This document shows positions 9,536 to 21,346 of a stretch of 64,000 nucleotides of DNA, in pieces. Made by a program: the position numbers and the translations under genes. This DNA is from Candidatus Dormiibacterota bacterium (lineage in GTDB: Bacteria > Chloroflexota > Dormibacteria > CF-121): contig DAINCX010000002.1 of the NCBI GenBank assembly GCA_036732165.1, positions 8,462-72,461 on the forward strand, read 5' to 3'. The notes below the pieces were generated by a model, which worked only from the letters and a program-made list of their open reading frames with translations, was not told where the DNA came from and searched no databases. Position 1 is the first letter of the stretch. Each line of letters begins with the position of its first letter.

Positions 9536-10677
9536 GCCACCAGCGCCCGGCGGTAGACCTCCGCCGTTTCCCGGCCGAGGCGGCCAACGCTGTAGCTGCC
9601 CGACCGTTCGAGCCCCAGCTCGCCGAGGCGAAGCCGCTCGGCATCGAACCGGAGCAACCGCTCGATCGCCTGGGTCAGCTCCTCGGTGCTGTCGGTGCGC
9701 AGGACGATGCCCGATTGCTCGACGAGCTCGGCCAGCGCCGGCGTCCGCGAGACCACCACGGGCGTGCCGCAGGACATGGCCTCGAGGACGGGGAGCCCAA
9801 AGCCCTCGTACCGCGAGGGATAGACAAAGATCGACGCGCCGCTGTAGAGCGCCGGGAGCGTCTCGCGGGGCGCGTAGCCGAGGCTGATGATGTGTCCCCG
9901 GCGTCCCGGCCGGCGCAGTTCGCGCGCCAGCCGCTCGGCCCCGCGGTTGGTTCGGCCGGTAAAGACCAGGGCCGAATCGTCGGCCAGGTCCGGCGGCAGC
10001 AGTTCGTAGGCAGCGCGGAGTCGGGTGAGGTCCTTTCGGGGATCAATGGTGCCGACGTAGAGCACGTAGCGCTCCGGAAGTCCAAATCGTTTGCGGACCG
10101 CGGCAACCTCCTCGACGGGCCGTGGGGTGAAGCTCGGGTCGGCGGCCAGCGGGATGGAGCTGATGCGATCCGGCGCGATATGGTACAGGTCCATGACCTG
10201 CTGCCGGATCGCCTGCGAGGACACGATCACGTGGCGGGCGCGCCGGATGCTGCGCGGGCCAAGCGAGCCGAAATACCAGCGAGCCCGCGGATGCATCGAT
10301 CGGGGCTCGACGCGGTACGTGAGATCGGGGACCGTCAGCACGAGCGGGACATCGCTCAGCAAGGGGCCGACGCCGGCCACCGAGTGGAGCAGGCGCACCG
10401 AGCGCGGGTGGGCCCCAAACCGCCAGGGGATCGACCATTGCTCCCGGCCCAGCCGCAGCCCACGTGGGACCGACGGGAAGACGACGGCGCGGTGGCCGTC
10501 CAGGGCGTCGGCCATGCCCTCGACGGCGTTGCGGCTGACCAGGACATCGACCGCAAGGCCGGCCTGATGCAGCCCGCGAAGGATGTGCAGGGCATGATGA
10601 TCCAGCCCGGTGAATGGGCGGGCGGCAAACAACAGGTCGAGGACGATGCCATCGGGCACCGGGGTCGGGGCTGGCAC
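9532..10677 (-). CDS. GT4 (group 1) glycosyltransferase
   Basis: C-terminal ...YSGASIFVYPSRYEGFGLPVLEAMSCGTPVV is the GT4 EX7E signature. Confidence 0.8.
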   Translation of the reverse strand: MPAPTPVPDGIVLDLLFAARPFTGLDHHALHILRGLHQAGLAVDVLVSRNAVEGMADALDGHRAVVFPSVPRGLRLGREQWSIPWRFGAHPRSVRLLHSVAGVGPLLSDVPLVLTVPDLTYRVEPRSMHPRARWYFGSLGPRSIRRARHVIVSSQAIRQQVMDLYHIAPDRISSIPLAADPSFTPRPVEEVAAVRKRFGLPERYVLYVGTIDPRKDLTRLRAAYELLPPDLADDSALVFTGRTNRGAERLARELRRPGRRGHIISLGYAPRETLPALYSGASIFVYPSRYEGFGLPVLEAMSCGTPVVVSRTPALAELVEQSGIVLRTDSTEELTQAIERLLRFDAERLRLGELGLERSGSYSVGRLGRETAEVYRRALVA

Positions 10678-10730
10678 GTCGCGGATGTTAGCAAAGGGTT
10701 GGGCGCGCCATCGCCGATGCGCGAGGCGAC

Positions 10731-11834
10731 GTGATCGCCGGCGTCGATGGCACGCCGGCCCTGCGTCCGTATCCGTCCGGGACGGAGGTCTACGCTCGGA
10801 GTGTCATCGACGCGCTCGCCGCGTCGCGGGGCGGACGGACCCTCCGCGTCTACGGAAACGCCTCGACGCGACCGGCCTGGCTCGGTCCGGGGGTGGATTG
10901 GCGCGGGATTCCATTTCCGCGGCTATGGACACACTGGCGCTTCCGCCAGGCGCTGCACCGTGATCCGCCCGATGTGGTCTTCGTCCCCAGCCACGTGCTG
11001 CCGGTCGGCCTCCGCGTTCCGGGGGTGGTGACGATCCACGATCTCGGACATCGACGGGAACGTGCGGCCTACTCCCCCATGAGCTGGTGGTACCTGGAGT
11101 TGATGATGCGGTCGATGGCCCGCCGGGCGACGCGCCTGATCGCGGTGTCCACATCGACGGCCGATGACCTGGTCCGCTACTACCGCGTAGCCCGGGAGCG
11201 GATCGCGGTGATTCATTCGGGGGTGGATCCGCAGATGGCCCCACAGAGCTCCGCCTCGGTGGAGGCGGTGCTCGACCGTTATCAGCTGCCGCGCCAGTAC
11301 TACCTCTACGTCGGCCGAAACCATCCGCGCAAGAACCTCGACATGCTCCGACGCGCCTTCGCGGACGCCCGTCGGCGCGGGCTCGGGGCCGGCCTGGTGC
11401 TGGCCGGCCCGGGACACGAGACGACCGCGGCCGGCGACGGCGTCCAGGTGCTGGCCTACGTACCCCACGACGACCTCCCCGCGCTCTACGCGGGGGCGCT
11501 CGCCCTGACGCTGCCCTCCCGGTTCGAAGGGTTCGGGTTCCCCGTGCTGGAAGCCATGCGCTGTGGAACCGCCGTCCTCGCGTCCGATACCGGGGCCTTA
11601 CCCGAGATCGTCGGGAGTGCCGGCATCCTGCTGAGCCCCGACGACCCGGGTTCGTGGAGCCAGGCCATGATCGAGCTCGCGCACGATGTGGAGCTGCAGC
11701 GCCGCCTGATCAGCGCCGGCGAGGCGCGTAGCGCCGCCTTCACCTGGGAACGCGCCGCGGAGCAGATCTGGCGGGTACTGGACGCGGCATCACGACCGCA
11801 CCCTGGTGGTCAGGCGGCGATCGCCTCCAGGTAG
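10731..11834 (+). CDS. GT4 (group 1) glycosyltransferase
   Basis: GTG start. ...LTLPSRFEGFGFPVLEAMRCGTAVLASDTGALPEIVG. It is divergent from the minus-strand GT operon and converges on the next GT4, with a 25-nt 3' overlap. Confidence 0.8.
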   Translation: MIAGVDGTPALRPYPSGTEVYARSVIDALAASRGGRTLRVYGNASTRPAWLGPGVDWRGIPFPRLWTHWRFRQALHRDPPDVVFVPSHVLPVGLRVPGVVTIHDLGHRRERAAYSPMSWWYLELMMRSMARRATRLIAVSTSTADDLVRYYRVARERIAVIHSGVDPQMAPQSSASVEAVLDRYQLPRQYYLYVGRNHPRKNLDMLRRAFADARRRGLGAGLVLAGPGHETTAAGDGVQVLAYVPHDDLPALYAGALALTLPSRFEGFGFPVLEAMRCGTAVLASDTGALPEIVGSAGILLSPDDPGSWSQAMIELAHDVELQRRLISAGEARSAAFTWERAAEQIWRVLDAASRPHPGGQAAIASR

Positions 11835-12850
11835 GCGTCCCGATGCGCCGCGGCGCACCCAGACCAGGTGTACCGAGCCGCCCTGACCCGTCCGGCCGCA
11901 ATCTGGCGCTCCCGCAGCGGCTCGTCATGGATGAGGCGACGCAGGTGCTCGGCCAGCGCCATCTCGTCGTCGGGGGCAGAGAGCAAGGCGGCATCGCCCG
12001 CCACTTCCGGGATCGCGCCCGCGGTCGAGGCCGCGATCGGGACCCCGGCGGCGAACGCTTCCAGGACAGGGAGTCCGAAACCCTCGTCGTAGGAAGGGAA
12101 CACCACCGCGCGAGCCAGCTGATAGAGCGCCGGCAGGTCCCGCGGTGAGACGTACCCGATGAACCGCACCCAGGAGCTCAGCCCCAGCGCTTCCACGGCG
12201 CGGACCACCGGCTCGTAACCCCAGCCGAACCCTCCCGCCACCAGCAGCGGGATGCGCTCGCCCGCCGGGATGCGAGCGAGCGCCCGCAGGGTCGTCACAT
12301 AATTCTTGCGCGGCTGCACCGTGCCGACCTGCAGGAGGTAGCGTTGTGGGAGGGCATAGGTTTCTCGGACGCCGGTCCGGATTTCCGGGGAGATGGGCAG
12401 CCCGAACTCGGCTTCCACGCCGTGGGGGATGACCCGGCACCGGTTGGGCTGGATCTCCATGATGCGCACGACCGCAAGCCTGGTTGCCTCTGATGGACAG
12501 ATCACCAGCCGGGCGCCGCGGACCGAACGCGGAACGACGACGCGGGTCGCGAACCATTGTCCCCCTGGGAACCATTCCGGATGGTCGTAGATCGCCAGGT
12601 CATGGACCGTGACCACGCCGGGCAGCCCGTAGCGGACCAGCGGCAGGGCATTGGCCGGTCCATGCACCAGGGCAGCCCCGTCCAGCCGCATTCTGGCCGC
12701 GGCCGCCAGCTGGGGCCCGATCACGCGTGGGAAATTGTCCCGGTAGAGCTCGATCGAGACGGCCCGGCTCTCCTGGAATGCCGAGACCAGGGCGTGGATG
12801 TATCGCGCCACGCCGGTTCCGTCGCCGGCACCGAGCGCCCGTCCATCCAT
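11810..12850 (-). CDS. GT4 (group 1) glycosyltransferase
   Basis: The start was trimmed to the ATG at 12848-12850 (MDGRALGAGDGTG, a typical GT4 N-terminus). The longer ORF up to 12940 would overlap the upstream GT9 gene. ...VVFPSYDEGFGLPVLEAFAAGVPIAAS. Confidence 0.75.
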   Translation of the reverse strand: MDGRALGAGDGTGVARYIHALVSAFQESRAVSIELYRDNFPRVIGPQLAAAARMRLDGAALVHGPANALPLVRYGLPGVVTVHDLAIYDHPEWFPGGQWFATRVVVPRSVRGARLVICPSEATRLAVVRIMEIQPNRCRVIPHGVEAEFGLPISPEIRTGVRETYALPQRYLLQVGTVQPRKNYVTTLRALARIPAGERIPLLVAGGFGWGYEPVVRAVEALGLSSWVRFIGYVSPRDLPALYQLARAVVFPSYDEGFGLPVLEAFAAGVPIAASTAGAIPEVAGDAALLSAPDDEMALAEHLRRLIHDEPLRERQIAAGRVRAARYTWSGCAAAHRDAYLEAIAA

Positions 12851-12863
12851 GGCCACCCGGAGC

Positions 12864-13823
12864 TCAGGCGTAGCTCGTGACCCGCAGGTGGCGCCGCAGC
12901 TCCGCCACCACCTGGCCCGCCAGGAGGCGTTCGAAGTCATCCACGCGCTGCGAGGTCACCCGCGGCCCACGAGGGGCAGTGCCCTGCGGCCCGAGCAGGG
13001 CGAGGACGGGGGCGCCGGCGGCCGCTGCCACGTGCAGGGCATCGCTGTCGTGCCCGATCACCGCCAGGCTCCGCTCCCCGATTGCGGCGACTTCTTCAAT
13101 GGTGACGTCGACCAGTCGAACCACGATCGTCGGCTTGGCGATCCCGGCCCGGGTCTCCCGGACCGCGCCGGCATCACCCTGACCGGCAAGCAGGAGGATG
13201 CGGTCAGCCGTCGACTGGTTGGCGACGACCGCAAAGCGCTCCGCCCCCCAGAGGCGCGCGGGCGGACGGCCCGACCAGGAGCCGTGTCCGGGGACGACGA
13301 CCAGGTAGGCGCCGTGGCGCCCGGATACGTCCGGCCATCGCTCCGCGGCCCGCTGCCTGACCGCATTGGTGGGCGTAAGGGACGGCGCATCGCCTGGCTC
13401 GGCCGGCGGGTCACCGCTCCCCGCGGCGGCGGCCAGCCGGTGGCTGGCGTCAACCGGGTGGAGGCCCCGCACCCGGCGGATGCGATCGGTGGCCGTCAGG
13501 TCGAAGGGTCCTTCGAGCATGAGGCGATGCGGAACGCCGGCAAAGTACGCCAGCGCGGCGGCGCCCACCGTGACCGGCGGCGTCAGCACGACCCGACTGA
13601 TCGAGCCCTCGCGCAATCGCCGGAAGGCCCGTAGCCAGCTGCCGGGGGAACCGTCGAGGATCAGGCGCCGACCCATGTCCGGCAGTCCGACGAGGGTTCC
13701 GACCGCCTCGGGTCCGGCAAGAATCGTGGCGCCCGGCACCGCGCGTAAGACGGGTTGCGCCATGATGGCCTCACGGACGCCGCCGCCCAGCAGGATCGCG
13801 GTCCGGACCCGATCCCTGATCAT
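12864..13823 (-). CDS. GT9-family glycosyltransferase (heptosyltransferase-like)
   Basis: MIRDRVRTAILLGGGVREAIMAQPVLRAV... is a GT9 N-terminus, and the fold is GT-B. ATGA overlap with mreB. Confidence 0.7.
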   Translation of the reverse strand: MIRDRVRTAILLGGGVREAIMAQPVLRAVPGATILAGPEAVGTLVGLPDMGRRLILDGSPGSWLRAFRRLREGSISRVVLTPPVTVGAAALAYFAGVPHRLMLEGPFDLTATDRIRRVRGLHPVDASHRLAAAAGSGDPPAEPGDAPSLTPTNAVRQRAAERWPDVSGRHGAYLVVVPGHGSWSGRPPARLWGAERFAVVANQSTADRILLLAGQGDAGAVRETRAGIAKPTIVVRLVDVTIEEVAAIGERSLAVIGHDSDALHVAAAAGAPVLALLGPQGTAPRGPRVTSQRVDDFERLLAGQVVAELRRHLRVTSYA

Positions 13824-14821
13824 GCGATGTAATGTTGGCCGCGGCGAACCACCGCCAGGTTGTCGAGCGCCATCCCGGTGCCGAGCGCGATGCAGGTTTC
13901 CGGGTCGCGGGCCACGCGCACGGGTATGCCCGCCGCCGAACCGAGCATCTCGGCCAGGCCAGCGAGCTGCGCCCCTCCACCGGTCAGGATTACACCGTTC
14001 CGCTGCACCGATGCCCGCCGTCCGGCCGGGACCTCGTTAAGGACGCGCCCGAGGCTTGCGGCGATCTCCGCCAGGCCATCGACGAGTGCGGCGTGGACCG
14101 TCTCGGCGCTCACCCGAACGGCTGCCGGGCGCCCTGCCCCGTCGAGCCCGGCGACCTCGAGCCAGCGCTCCGTCGTCGGAGCGGATGCCGAGCCGATCTC
14201 CAGCTTGAGACGCTCGGCTTCGCCCGGCTGCAACCGCACGCTATGCGCGTGCTCCACGGCCGTCTCGATGGCCTGGTCCATCGCCTGCCCCCCGCCCCCG
14301 ATCGACTCCATCGCGAGCACCTCGCCCACCGCGATGGCCGCCACCTCGCTGGACCCGGCGCCCAGGTTTCCCACGACCAGTCCATCGGTGGTGGCGACCG
14401 GGAGCCGGGCCCCGATCGCCGCGGCGAGCGGTTTATCGATCAGGTAGGCGGTCTTCGCGCCGGCCTGCATGGTGGCCTCCAGGACCGCCCGACGCTGGAT
14501 CCCGGTCACCGTCGGCGCGACGGAAAGCATCACGTCCGGCCGGAAGATCCGCTGCCGGCCGACGATCCTGCCGATCAAGTACTGCAACATCATGCCGGCC
14601 ACCTCGTAGTCCACGACGTTGCCCGCTCCCACCGGGCGGATGGCCCGGGCTGATCCGTCGCGCCCGAGTAACGCCGTGGCGGCGCTGCCAACCGCCAGCA
14701 CCCGGCCGCCCTTTTCGTCCGTTGCCATCACCGCGGGCTCGTTGACGACGACGCCCTCACCCTTGACGTAAACGAGCATCCTGGACGTGCCCAGGTCGAT
14801 GCCGATCTTTTTCGAGAGCAC
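13820..14821 (-). CDS. mreB: Rod-shape-determining actin homolog MreB (Mbl-like position downstream of murA)
   Basis: MLSKKIGIDLGTSRMLVYVKGEGVVVNEPAVMA...NLGAGSSEVAAIAVGEVL...ILTGGGAQLAGLAEML. Confidence 0.9.
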   Translation of the reverse strand: MLSKKIGIDLGTSRMLVYVKGEGVVVNEPAVMATDEKGGRVLAVGSAATALLGRDGSARAIRPVGAGNVVDYEVAGMMLQYLIGRIVGRQRIFRPDVMLSVAPTVTGIQRRAVLEATMQAGAKTAYLIDKPLAAAIGARLPVATTDGLVVGNLGAGSSEVAAIAVGEVLAMESIGGGGQAMDQAIETAVEHAHSVRLQPGEAERLKLEIGSASAPTTERWLEVAGLDGAGRPAAVRVSAETVHAALVDGLAEIAASLGRVLNEVPAGRRASVQRNGVILTGGGAQLAGLAEMLGSAAGIPVRVARDPETCIALGTGMALDNLAVVRRGQHYIA

Positions 14822-14827
14822 CGACCG

Positions 14828-16135
14828 TCAATCCCCGACGACCTTGGAGAGGTCCGGCCGTGGCTCGTCTGGGCCGCCGTTCACCCGGGTGATCCGGGCT
14901 CCAAGCGCCTCGAGCTTCGCGACCAGGTCCTCGTAGCCGCGGTCCAGGTGAAAGACGTTACCGAGGACGGTCGTCCCCCGGGCGCACAGTGCTGCCACCA
15001 CCAGCGCGGCGCCGGATCGAATGTCGGGCACGCGAACCGAGCCACCGTGGAGTGCGGTCGGGCCCGAGATGATGGCACTGCGGCCCTCGACGTAGATGTC
15101 GGCACCCAGCTTCCGGAGTTCGGGCACATGTTGAAAGCGGTTCTCAAAGACCGCCTCCGAGACGACGCAGCGGCCATCCGCCTGGGTCATCAGGCTGACG
15201 AATGGCGCCTGCAGGTCGGTCGGAAAGCCGGGATGGGGCCAGGTGGTGACATCCACCGGCTGGAGTCGGCCATTGCCGATGACGTGGAGGGCGTGCCCGA
15301 CGTCTTCCACGTCCGCACCGGAGGCCCGAAGCTTGAGGATCATGGCTCGAAGGTCGTTGGTGTCGACGTCCTCGACGGTCCCTTCGCCCCCCGTGGCCGC
15401 GATCGCAATCGCATAGGTGCCCGCTTCGATGTTGTCGGGGATGACTCGATGGGTCGCCCCGCTCAACTCCCGCACGCCATCGATCTGCAGGATGTCGGTC
15501 CCGATGCCGCGCAGGCGCGCGCCCATCTTCTCCAGGAACAGAGCCAGGTCGACCACGTGCGGCTCGCGCGCGGCATTGTGGATCGTGGTGATCCCGTCCG
15601 CGGTGGCGGCGGCCATCATCAGGTTTTCCGTCCCCGTGACCGTCGGCATGTCGAGATGGATGGTGGCCCCTTTCAGCCGGTCGGCGCGAGCGACGAACTC
15701 ACCCTCCTCGAGCTCCACGCGGGCCCCCATCAGGCGAAGGCCGACGAGATGCTGCTCCACCCGCCGCATCCCGATGTCGTCACCCCCGGGCTTGGCGACG
15801 CGCGCCTCGCCCCGCCTCGCCAGGAGTGGCCCCATCAAGAGGAAGGAGGCCCGCATCCGGCTCGCCAGCGACGCGAGGACGTCGCCGCGCGCCAGCCCGG
15901 CTGGGTTGACGCGCAGTTGCTGCCTGTCGGTCTCGGACCATTCGACCGTGGCGCCCATACGCTCGAGGAGTTGGGCCATGATGTAGACGTCCTCGATGCG
16001 CGGGACATTCTTGAGCTTGCACTCTTCGTCGGTCAACAGGCAGGCGGCGAGGATGGGGAGGACGGCATTCTTGGAGCCACTGATGGGGACTCGCCCGACC
16101 AATCGAGTTCCCCCCTCGATCTGGAGCTGGGCCAC
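14828..16135 (-). CDS. murA: UDP-N-acetylglucosamine 1-carboxyvinyltransferase
   Basis: MAQLQIEGGTRLVGRVPISGSKNAVLPILAACLL...; active-site Cys region ...GGDDIGMRRVEQH..., about 435 aa. Confidence 0.95.
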   Translation of the reverse strand: MAQLQIEGGTRLVGRVPISGSKNAVLPILAACLLTDEECKLKNVPRIEDVYIMAQLLERMGATVEWSETDRQQLRVNPAGLARGDVLASLASRMRASFLLMGPLLARRGEARVAKPGGDDIGMRRVEQHLVGLRLMGARVELEEGEFVARADRLKGATIHLDMPTVTGTENLMMAAATADGITTIHNAAREPHVVDLALFLEKMGARLRGIGTDILQIDGVRELSGATHRVIPDNIEAGTYAIAIAATGGEGTVEDVDTNDLRAMILKLRASGADVEDVGHALHVIGNGRLQPVDVTTWPHPGFPTDLQAPFVSLMTQADGRCVVSEAVFENRFQHVPELRKLGADIYVEGRSAIISGPTALHGGSVRVPDIRSGAALVVAALCARGTTVLGNVFHLDRGYEDLVAKLEALGARITRVNGGPDEPRPDLSKVVGD

Positions 16136-16180
16136 TGACCCGTTAACTTAGCATGCCAGCCGGCTCCTGCCGGCGATTCC

Positions 16181-16597
16181 CTACTGCCGACGCCTGCGGC
16201 GCAACTCGGCCAGCCGGAGGCGCGCCTCGGCCCGGGCCAGTGCGGCGATCGCGGCTGCCCGGTCGGCATCGGTGGCCTTCTGCTCGATCGAGCTCTGGGC
16301 CCGCCGGCGGGCCTCTTCCGCACGGGACTCGTCGATGTCCTCCGCGCGCTCCGCGGAGTCGGCCAGGATCGTGACCTGGTCCGGCCGCACCTCGAGAAAG
16401 CCACCGGAGACGAAGAAGAACTGCTCCTCGTTGGCATTGCGGACCTTGACGGCCCCAGCCTTGAGGGGCGTCAGCAGGGGAATATGGCGCGGCAGGATCC
16501 CCAGCTCCCCTTGCGACCCGGGGGCCACCACGAAGTCGGCCTCACCGTTGAACCGAACGCCTTCGACCGTGAGGATGCCGACATGGAGCTTGGCCAC
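16181..16597 (-). CDS. atpC: F1 ATP synthase epsilon subunit
   Basis: MAKLHVGILTVEGVRFNGEADFVVAPGSQGELGILPRHIPLLTPLKAGAVKV... Confidence 0.9.
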   Translation of the reverse strand: MAKLHVGILTVEGVRFNGEADFVVAPGSQGELGILPRHIPLLTPLKAGAVKVRNANEEQFFFVSGGFLEVRPDQVTILADSAERAEDIDESRAEEARRRAQSSIEQKATDADRAAAIAALARAEARLRLAELRRRRRQ

Positions 16598-16600
16598 GAC

Positions 16601-18307
<1,707 letters not shown>

Positions 18308-18319
18308 TTACGCCTCCTG

Positions 18320-19174
18320 TTATCCGGCGGCAAGCGCTTCGGCGCCGCCGACGATCTCCATCAGTTCCTTCGTGATCGTCGCCTGCCGCACCTTGTTGCG
18401 CAGCAGCGTGAGGTCGTTGATCAGCTCCCCGGCATTATCGGTGGCATTGCGCATTGCGATCATCTGCGCGCTGTAGAAACTCGCTTGGTTTTCGAGCACG
18501 GCCGCGTAGACCTGCGCCTCGACATAGCGAGGCAAGAGTTTCGACAGCACCACCTCGGCTTCGGGTTCGTAGACATAGTCGACCCGCGGCCCTTCCTGGC
18601 GCTCGGGAACCTTGACCGGGATCAGGATCGAGACGGTCGGCTCCAGCTTGGCGGTCGACACGAAGCGGGTATAGACCAGCGCCACCTCATCGACATTGCC
18701 GGCCATGTATTCGTCGACCGCGACCGTGATCGCCGGCAGGACATCCTTGAGCTCCGGGCGATCCCCCAGGCCTGTGACCTCCGCTACGATCGGCACCCGC
18801 AGCCGCCGGAAGAAGTCTCGTCCCTTTCGGCCAATCGCGTCCACGGAGGTCCCCTCACCTCGGCGCATGTAGTTGAGCGCAACGCGCACGGCATTCATGT
18901 TGAGGCCACCCGCGAGGCCACGGTCGGCGGTGACCAGGATGACCAACCGCTTGTTGACGGGACGGGAGACCAGGAACGGGTGCTGGTAGCTGGTGACGCG
19001 ACTCGCCACTTCCGCCAGGACCTCCGCCATCTTGTCCGCGTAGGGCCGCGCCGCCTCCGAGCGGGCTTGCGCCCGGCGCAGCTTCGAGGCGGCCACCGCC
19101 TGCATGGCGCGCGTGATCTGTTGCGTGTTTTTCATGCTGGCGATGCGGCGGCGGATCTCGGCAAGGGTGGCCAT
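18320..19174 (-). CDS. atpG: F1 ATP synthase gamma subunit
   Basis: MATLAEIRRRIASMKNTQQITRAMQAVAASKLRRAQ... Confidence 0.9.
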   Translation of the reverse strand: MATLAEIRRRIASMKNTQQITRAMQAVAASKLRRAQARSEAARPYADKMAEVLAEVASRVTSYQHPFLVSRPVNKRLVILVTADRGLAGGLNMNAVRVALNYMRRGEGTSVDAIGRKGRDFFRRLRVPIVAEVTGLGDRPELKDVLPAITVAVDEYMAGNVDEVALVYTRFVSTAKLEPTVSILIPVKVPERQEGPRVDYVYEPEAEVVLSKLLPRYVEAQVYAAVLENQASFYSAQMIAMRNATDNAGELINDLTLLRNKVRQATITKELMEIVGGAEALAAG

Positions 19175-19182
19175 GGGTTCGG

Positions 19183-20796
19183 CTAGCTCGCTTTCGACCG
19201 TTCCCGCTCGGCGGCGGCCCGGGCGCCCTGGAGGGCGCCGCCTTTCGCCGGCGGTTTTTCGGCCTCGGCCGCCGGCTTCGCTTTCTGGACCAGCGGACTC
19301 GACTTCTTGAACTCGTCGAGGGCGGCTCCCAGCCGCTTCTCGATGTCGTCGGAGATCGCCTTCTCTTTCGTGATGGCCTGCTCGAGCTCCGGGTGGGACG
19401 TGTCGAGGAATCGGATCAGTTCTTTCTCGAAGGCCTGCACCTGATCCACCGGCACGTCATCCACGAAGCCGTTGGCGCCGGCGAAAAGGACGATCGCCTG
19501 CTGGGCAATCGGCATCGGCTCGTACTGTCCCTGCTTGAGGAGCTCGGTCATCCGTTTGCCTCGTTCCAACTGGTCTCGGGTTCGCTTATCCAGATCGGAG
19601 GCAAACTGCGCAAAGGCCGCCAGCTCGCGATACTGGGTGAGGTCGAGGCGCAGCCGCCCCGCCACCTGGCGGATGGCTTTGATCTGCGCCGCGCCGCCGA
19701 CCCTGGAGACGGAAAGGCCGGTCGAGATGGCGGGGCGGATGCCCGCGTAGAAGAGGTCGGTCAGCAGGTAAATCTGGCCGTCGGTGATGGAGATGACGTT
19801 GGTCGGAATGTAGGCAGAGATATCGCCGGCGAGCGTCTCGATGATGGGCAAGGCGGTCAGCGACCCGCCCCCGTTGTCCTTGCTCATGCGGGCGGCGCGC
19901 TCGAGCAGCCGGGAATGCAGGTAGAAGACATCGCCTGGATACGCTTCGCGGCCGGGTGGGCGGCGCAGCAGCAGGGAGATCTGCCGGTAGGCCCAGGCAT
20001 GCTTGGACAGGTCGTCGTACACGAGCAGCGCGTCCTTGCCCTGGTCCATGAAGTATTCCCCCATGGAGCATCCGGCGTAGGGCGCGATGTACCAGAGCGG
20101 CGCCGGGTCACTGGCCGTGGCCGCCACGATGATGGTGTACTCGAGGGCGCCGTGCTCCTCGAGCGTGGCGGCCACCTGGGCGACGGTCGCCGCCCGCTGC
20201 CCGATGGCGACGTAAATGCAGATCACGCCCTGGCCCTTCTGGTTGATGATGGTGTCGAGCGCGATCGCCGTCTTGCCGGTCTGCCGGTCGCCGATGATCA
20301 ATTCGCGCTGGCCGCGGCCGATCGGGATCATGGCGTCGATGGCCTTGATGCCAGTCTGAAGCGGCGTGTCCACGGGCTGGCGGCTGATGACGCCGGGCGC
20401 CACCTTTTCGATCGGCGAGGCCTGGCCGGTTTCGATCGGGCCCTTCCCATCGATCGGCTCCCCCAGGGGGTTCACCACCCGCCCGACGAGGGCCTCGCCG
20501 ACCGGCACCTGCATGATCTTGCCGGTCGTCCGGACCTCGTCGCCCTCCTTGATCTCTTCAAAGGGCCCGAGGATGATCGCCCCGACCGAGTCTTCCTCCA
20601 GGTTGAAGGCCACGCCCTTGGTACCGCCCTTGAACTCGAGCAACTCCAGGGCTTGCGCGTTCTTCAGCCCGTAGATCTGCGCGATGCCATCCCCAACCTC
20701 CGTGACGATGCCGACGTCGGCCGACAGGATCGGGACGTCGAAGTCCTTGATGCGCTTCTTGATCAGGCTGCTGATTTCTTCTGACTTGATTCCCAA
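19183..20796 (-). CDS. atpA: F1 ATP synthase alpha subunit
   Basis: The start was trimmed to the TTG at 20794-20796 ([16 protein letters not shown]...), which has a GGAGA Shine-Dalgarno and would otherwise overlap atpH. Walker [10 protein letters not shown]. Confidence 0.93.
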   Translation of the reverse strand: MGIKSEEISSLIKKRIKDFDVPILSADVGIVTEVGDGIAQIYGLKNAQALELLEFKGGTKGVAFNLEEDSVGAIILGPFEEIKEGDEVRTTGKIMQVPVGEALVGRVVNPLGEPIDGKGPIETGQASPIEKVAPGVISRQPVDTPLQTGIKAIDAMIPIGRGQRELIIGDRQTGKTAIALDTIINQKGQGVICIYVAIGQRAATVAQVAATLEEHGALEYTIIVAATASDPAPLWYIAPYAGCSMGEYFMDQGKDALLVYDDLSKHAWAYRQISLLLRRPPGREAYPGDVFYLHSRLLERAARMSKDNGGGSLTALPIIETLAGDISAYIPTNVISITDGQIYLLTDLFYAGIRPAISTGLSVSRVGGAAQIKAIRQVAGRLRLDLTQYRELAAFAQFASDLDKRTRDQLERGKRMTELLKQGQYEPMPIAQQAIVLFAGANGFVDDVPVDQVQAFEKELIRFLDTSHPELEQAITKEKAISDDIEKRLGAALDEFKKSSPLVQKAKPAAEAEKPPAKGGALQGARAAAERERSKAS

Positions 20797-20812
20797 TTGT
20801 TCTCCTCGGCCC

Positions 20813-21346
20813 TTATCGCAATAGCTCTTGCCGCAGCCGTGCCAGTTGCGTCCGCACGGTCCCGTCGACGAGATGATCACCGATCTGGATCGCCGCCCCG
20901 CCGACTACGCTCGGATCGGTCCGGAAGTTCACGTTGACCTTGCGGTCCAGTTTCCGGGCCAGTGCCTGCTGGTAGCGCCGGCGGTCGTCCGGATCCAGAT
21001 CGATGGCTGTCGTCACCGTGGCATGCACAATACCCGAGGCCTCGTCAGCAAGCCGTTCGAACTCCGCCCGGATCTGATGGATCTCGTTCGTCCGGCCGTG
21101 CTCGACGAGCAAGCGCAGCAGATTCCGCGTTTCAGGCCGCAGGTCTGGCTCGAGAAGGTGAGCCAGCTCCATCCGGCGCCTGGCGCCCACCGCCGGGTTC
21201 TGAAACGCGGCAACCAGGACGTCGTCCTGGAGCAGGGCATCGAGTTTGGCCAGCTCAGCGCGCCAGGTATCGATCGCGCCCTCATCCTGGGCCAGTTGAA
21301 AAACCCCGGCGGCGTAGCGACGCGCGACATTGCTAGCGTCAGGCAC
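20813..21346 (-). CDS. atpH: F1 ATP synthase delta (OSCP) subunit
   Basis: 177 aa, ...[15 protein letters not shown]...[23 protein letters not shown]... Confidence 0.85.
   Translation of the reverse strand: MPDASNVARRYAAGVFQLAQDEGAIDTWRAELAKLDALLQDDVLVAAFQNPAVGARRRMELAHLLEPDLRPETRNLLRLLVEHGRTNEIHQIRAEFERLADEASGIVHATVTTAIDLDPDDRRRYQQALARKLDRKVNVNFRTDPSVVGGAAIQIGDHLVDGTVRTQLARLRQELLR

Noticed and set aside
16136-16180. GCCGGC-agga-GCCGGC hairpin between atpC and murA as an intrinsic terminator
   Set aside because: No U-tract follows on the transcribed strand. It may be an RNA-processing or attenuation element, but the evidence is insufficient.
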